DNA of 64,000 nt from Bigelowiella natans CCMP2755. Taxonomy: Eukaryota; Protista; Cercozoa. The translations under genes were made by a program, and so were the position numbers. Below, in pieces: positions 62,845-64,000 of the stretch (position 1 is the stretch's first letter; every line of letters begins with the position of its first letter). The notes beneath the pieces were generated by a model that saw only the letters and a program-made list of their open reading frames with translations, searched no databases and was not told the DNA's origin. The DNA is taken from assembly GCA_000320545.1 (NCBI GenBank), contig ADNK01000979.1, positions 1 to 64,000 on the forward strand, read 5' to 3'.

Positions 62845-64000
62845 TGTTGCGCGTAAGGTGTTCACAGGCCGAGGCGCTACGTGCACAAGTAGGCAGGGGG
62901 GGGGAAAGGCACGTTTGCTTCCTTTTGAAGAGTTGTGTTTATTTTTATTAAAGATTATATTTTTATTAAATCGTGCACTGCGTAATCATTCGCGAAGCTT
63001 TCGCGAATGCCGCCGCACGTGGGGCAGCACACTTCCGGTGTGCTGCCATGAGTCCCGCCGGAACCCACGTGCCCATGCTGTATTAATATCTACGTTATCT
63101 ATATTCTATATCCGCGACAACCCCTTTGTTGTCGCACGTGACTTGTGCCCGCGTAGTGGTACGCGCTACACCTCCCCCAAGTCACGTTGCTCCTTCCTTC
63201 CTTCCTTATTCCCTTAGACCTTCATCGCTTTCGGAACTTCACCAACCACCAGGTAATAGATTCCTCTCTAACCTTATCTCCTTTGTCGCTTACCCAGAAC
63301 TCACCTTCGTCCTTAGGTTCGTGTCCATACCAGCCCTCTGCATCAAGGTCCCCCAGGACCTTATACCAGTGCTCAAAGGGTAAGTCGGGAACAGCTAGGT
63401 AGAGTAGCTGATATTTTCCGTCCTTTATTTTCATAGCTACCCTCTCCATATTTCGTAATCCAGGGTAGCCTAGATAGACAATCTTCATGCGCCAATCGTC
63501 GTTCACCCTGACCTTATTGTTTCCATATTCCACATCGAACTTAGGTCGGGGTCCTAAACAAGGCATTGCTCGCTCCCACACAGTAGGGTTTACTTTAACA
63601 TCCTCTAGGAGCTTCTCACCGATATCATAATTCTTTAGGTGACTGATGTGGCGCAAGGTGACCCTGTTCCCATCATAGATGTAGTACTGCTTCCTCCCCT
63701 TCCTCTCGGTAACCTTTGCAACGCCACCCCAGAAGGGGTCTTGTTTATTTCTCGATCTCAGATTTACCTTGGCCCTAACATACTGTCCTTCCTTTAGAAC
63801 TCGGCCATCGTACGGGACCTTCTCGTCTTCGCTCTCGGTATCGTCGTCGTTGTCGTCGCCTTCTTCCCTCTCCTTATCCTTGATACCTCCCCCAGACGTG
63901 AAGGTGTCGTTTACTAACCCTTGTATCTTGTCTGGTGTGGTGCTATTTATCCTGCTTAGGTTGGCCAAGGTGCGGTGGAGTCGCTCTACCTTGGAGTTGG
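62845..64000 (-). mobile_element. Second copy of the same Gypsy element (3' LTR + end of pol), truncated by the window edge
   Basis: 3' LTR at 62845-63170 (326 bp), PPT complement CCTCCCCC at 63171, and a pol C-terminal ORF (63222-63968) with the same translation as copy 1. Confidence 0.96.
63222..64000 (-). CDS. pol: Pol C-terminus (integrase end + MTase-like domain) of copy 2
   Basis: The last ~248 aa match those of 4623-8960. Confidence 0.93.
   Translation of the reverse strand, partial: NSKVERLHRTLANLSRINSTTPDKIQGLVNDTFTSGGGIKDKEREEGDDNDDDTESEDEKVPYDGRVLKEGQYVRAKVNLRSRNKQDPFWGGVAKVTERKGRKQYYIYDGNRVTLRHISHLKNYDIGEKLLEDVKVNPTVWERAMPCLGPRPKFDVEYGNNKVRVNDDWRMKIVYLGYPGLRNMERVAMKIKDGKYQLLYLAVPDLPFEHWYKVLGDLDAEGWYGHEPKDEGEFWVSDKGDKVREESITWWLVKFRKR

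Overview
Intron-rich eukaryotic (protist-type) nuclear DNA with microsatellite-filled introns. A signal/transit-like N-terminus hints at a chlorarachniophyte-like alga, but this is not certain. It holds about 13 host genes, mostly in alternating orientation: FtsH/YME1-like protease (3' part), Tyr-kinase-like/ankyrin fusion, acidic coiled-coil protein, glucosidase II beta, Kelch-U-box E3 ligase, myotubularin, an unknown protein, a Zn-finger/longin protein, a coiled-coil protein, a degenerate kinesin, WDR75/UTP17, LSM12 and a SENP/Ulp protease. There is one complete, very young Ty3/Gypsy LTR retrotransposon (3608-9346; 335-bp LTRs that appear identical; TCCA target-site duplication), the 3' end of a second near-identical copy in the opposite orientation (62845 to window end), and a palindromic MITE. 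Two observations stand out. (1) The Gypsy polyprotein ends in a degenerate Dam/DIRS-type N6-adenine-methyltransferase-like domain, in the position where chromoviruses carry a chromodomain. (2) Several discrete domains have lost nearly every TpA dinucleotide except those inside CTAG, suggesting a localised TA->TG/CA hypermutation process; the complete retrotransposon is inserted in the middle of one such domain.
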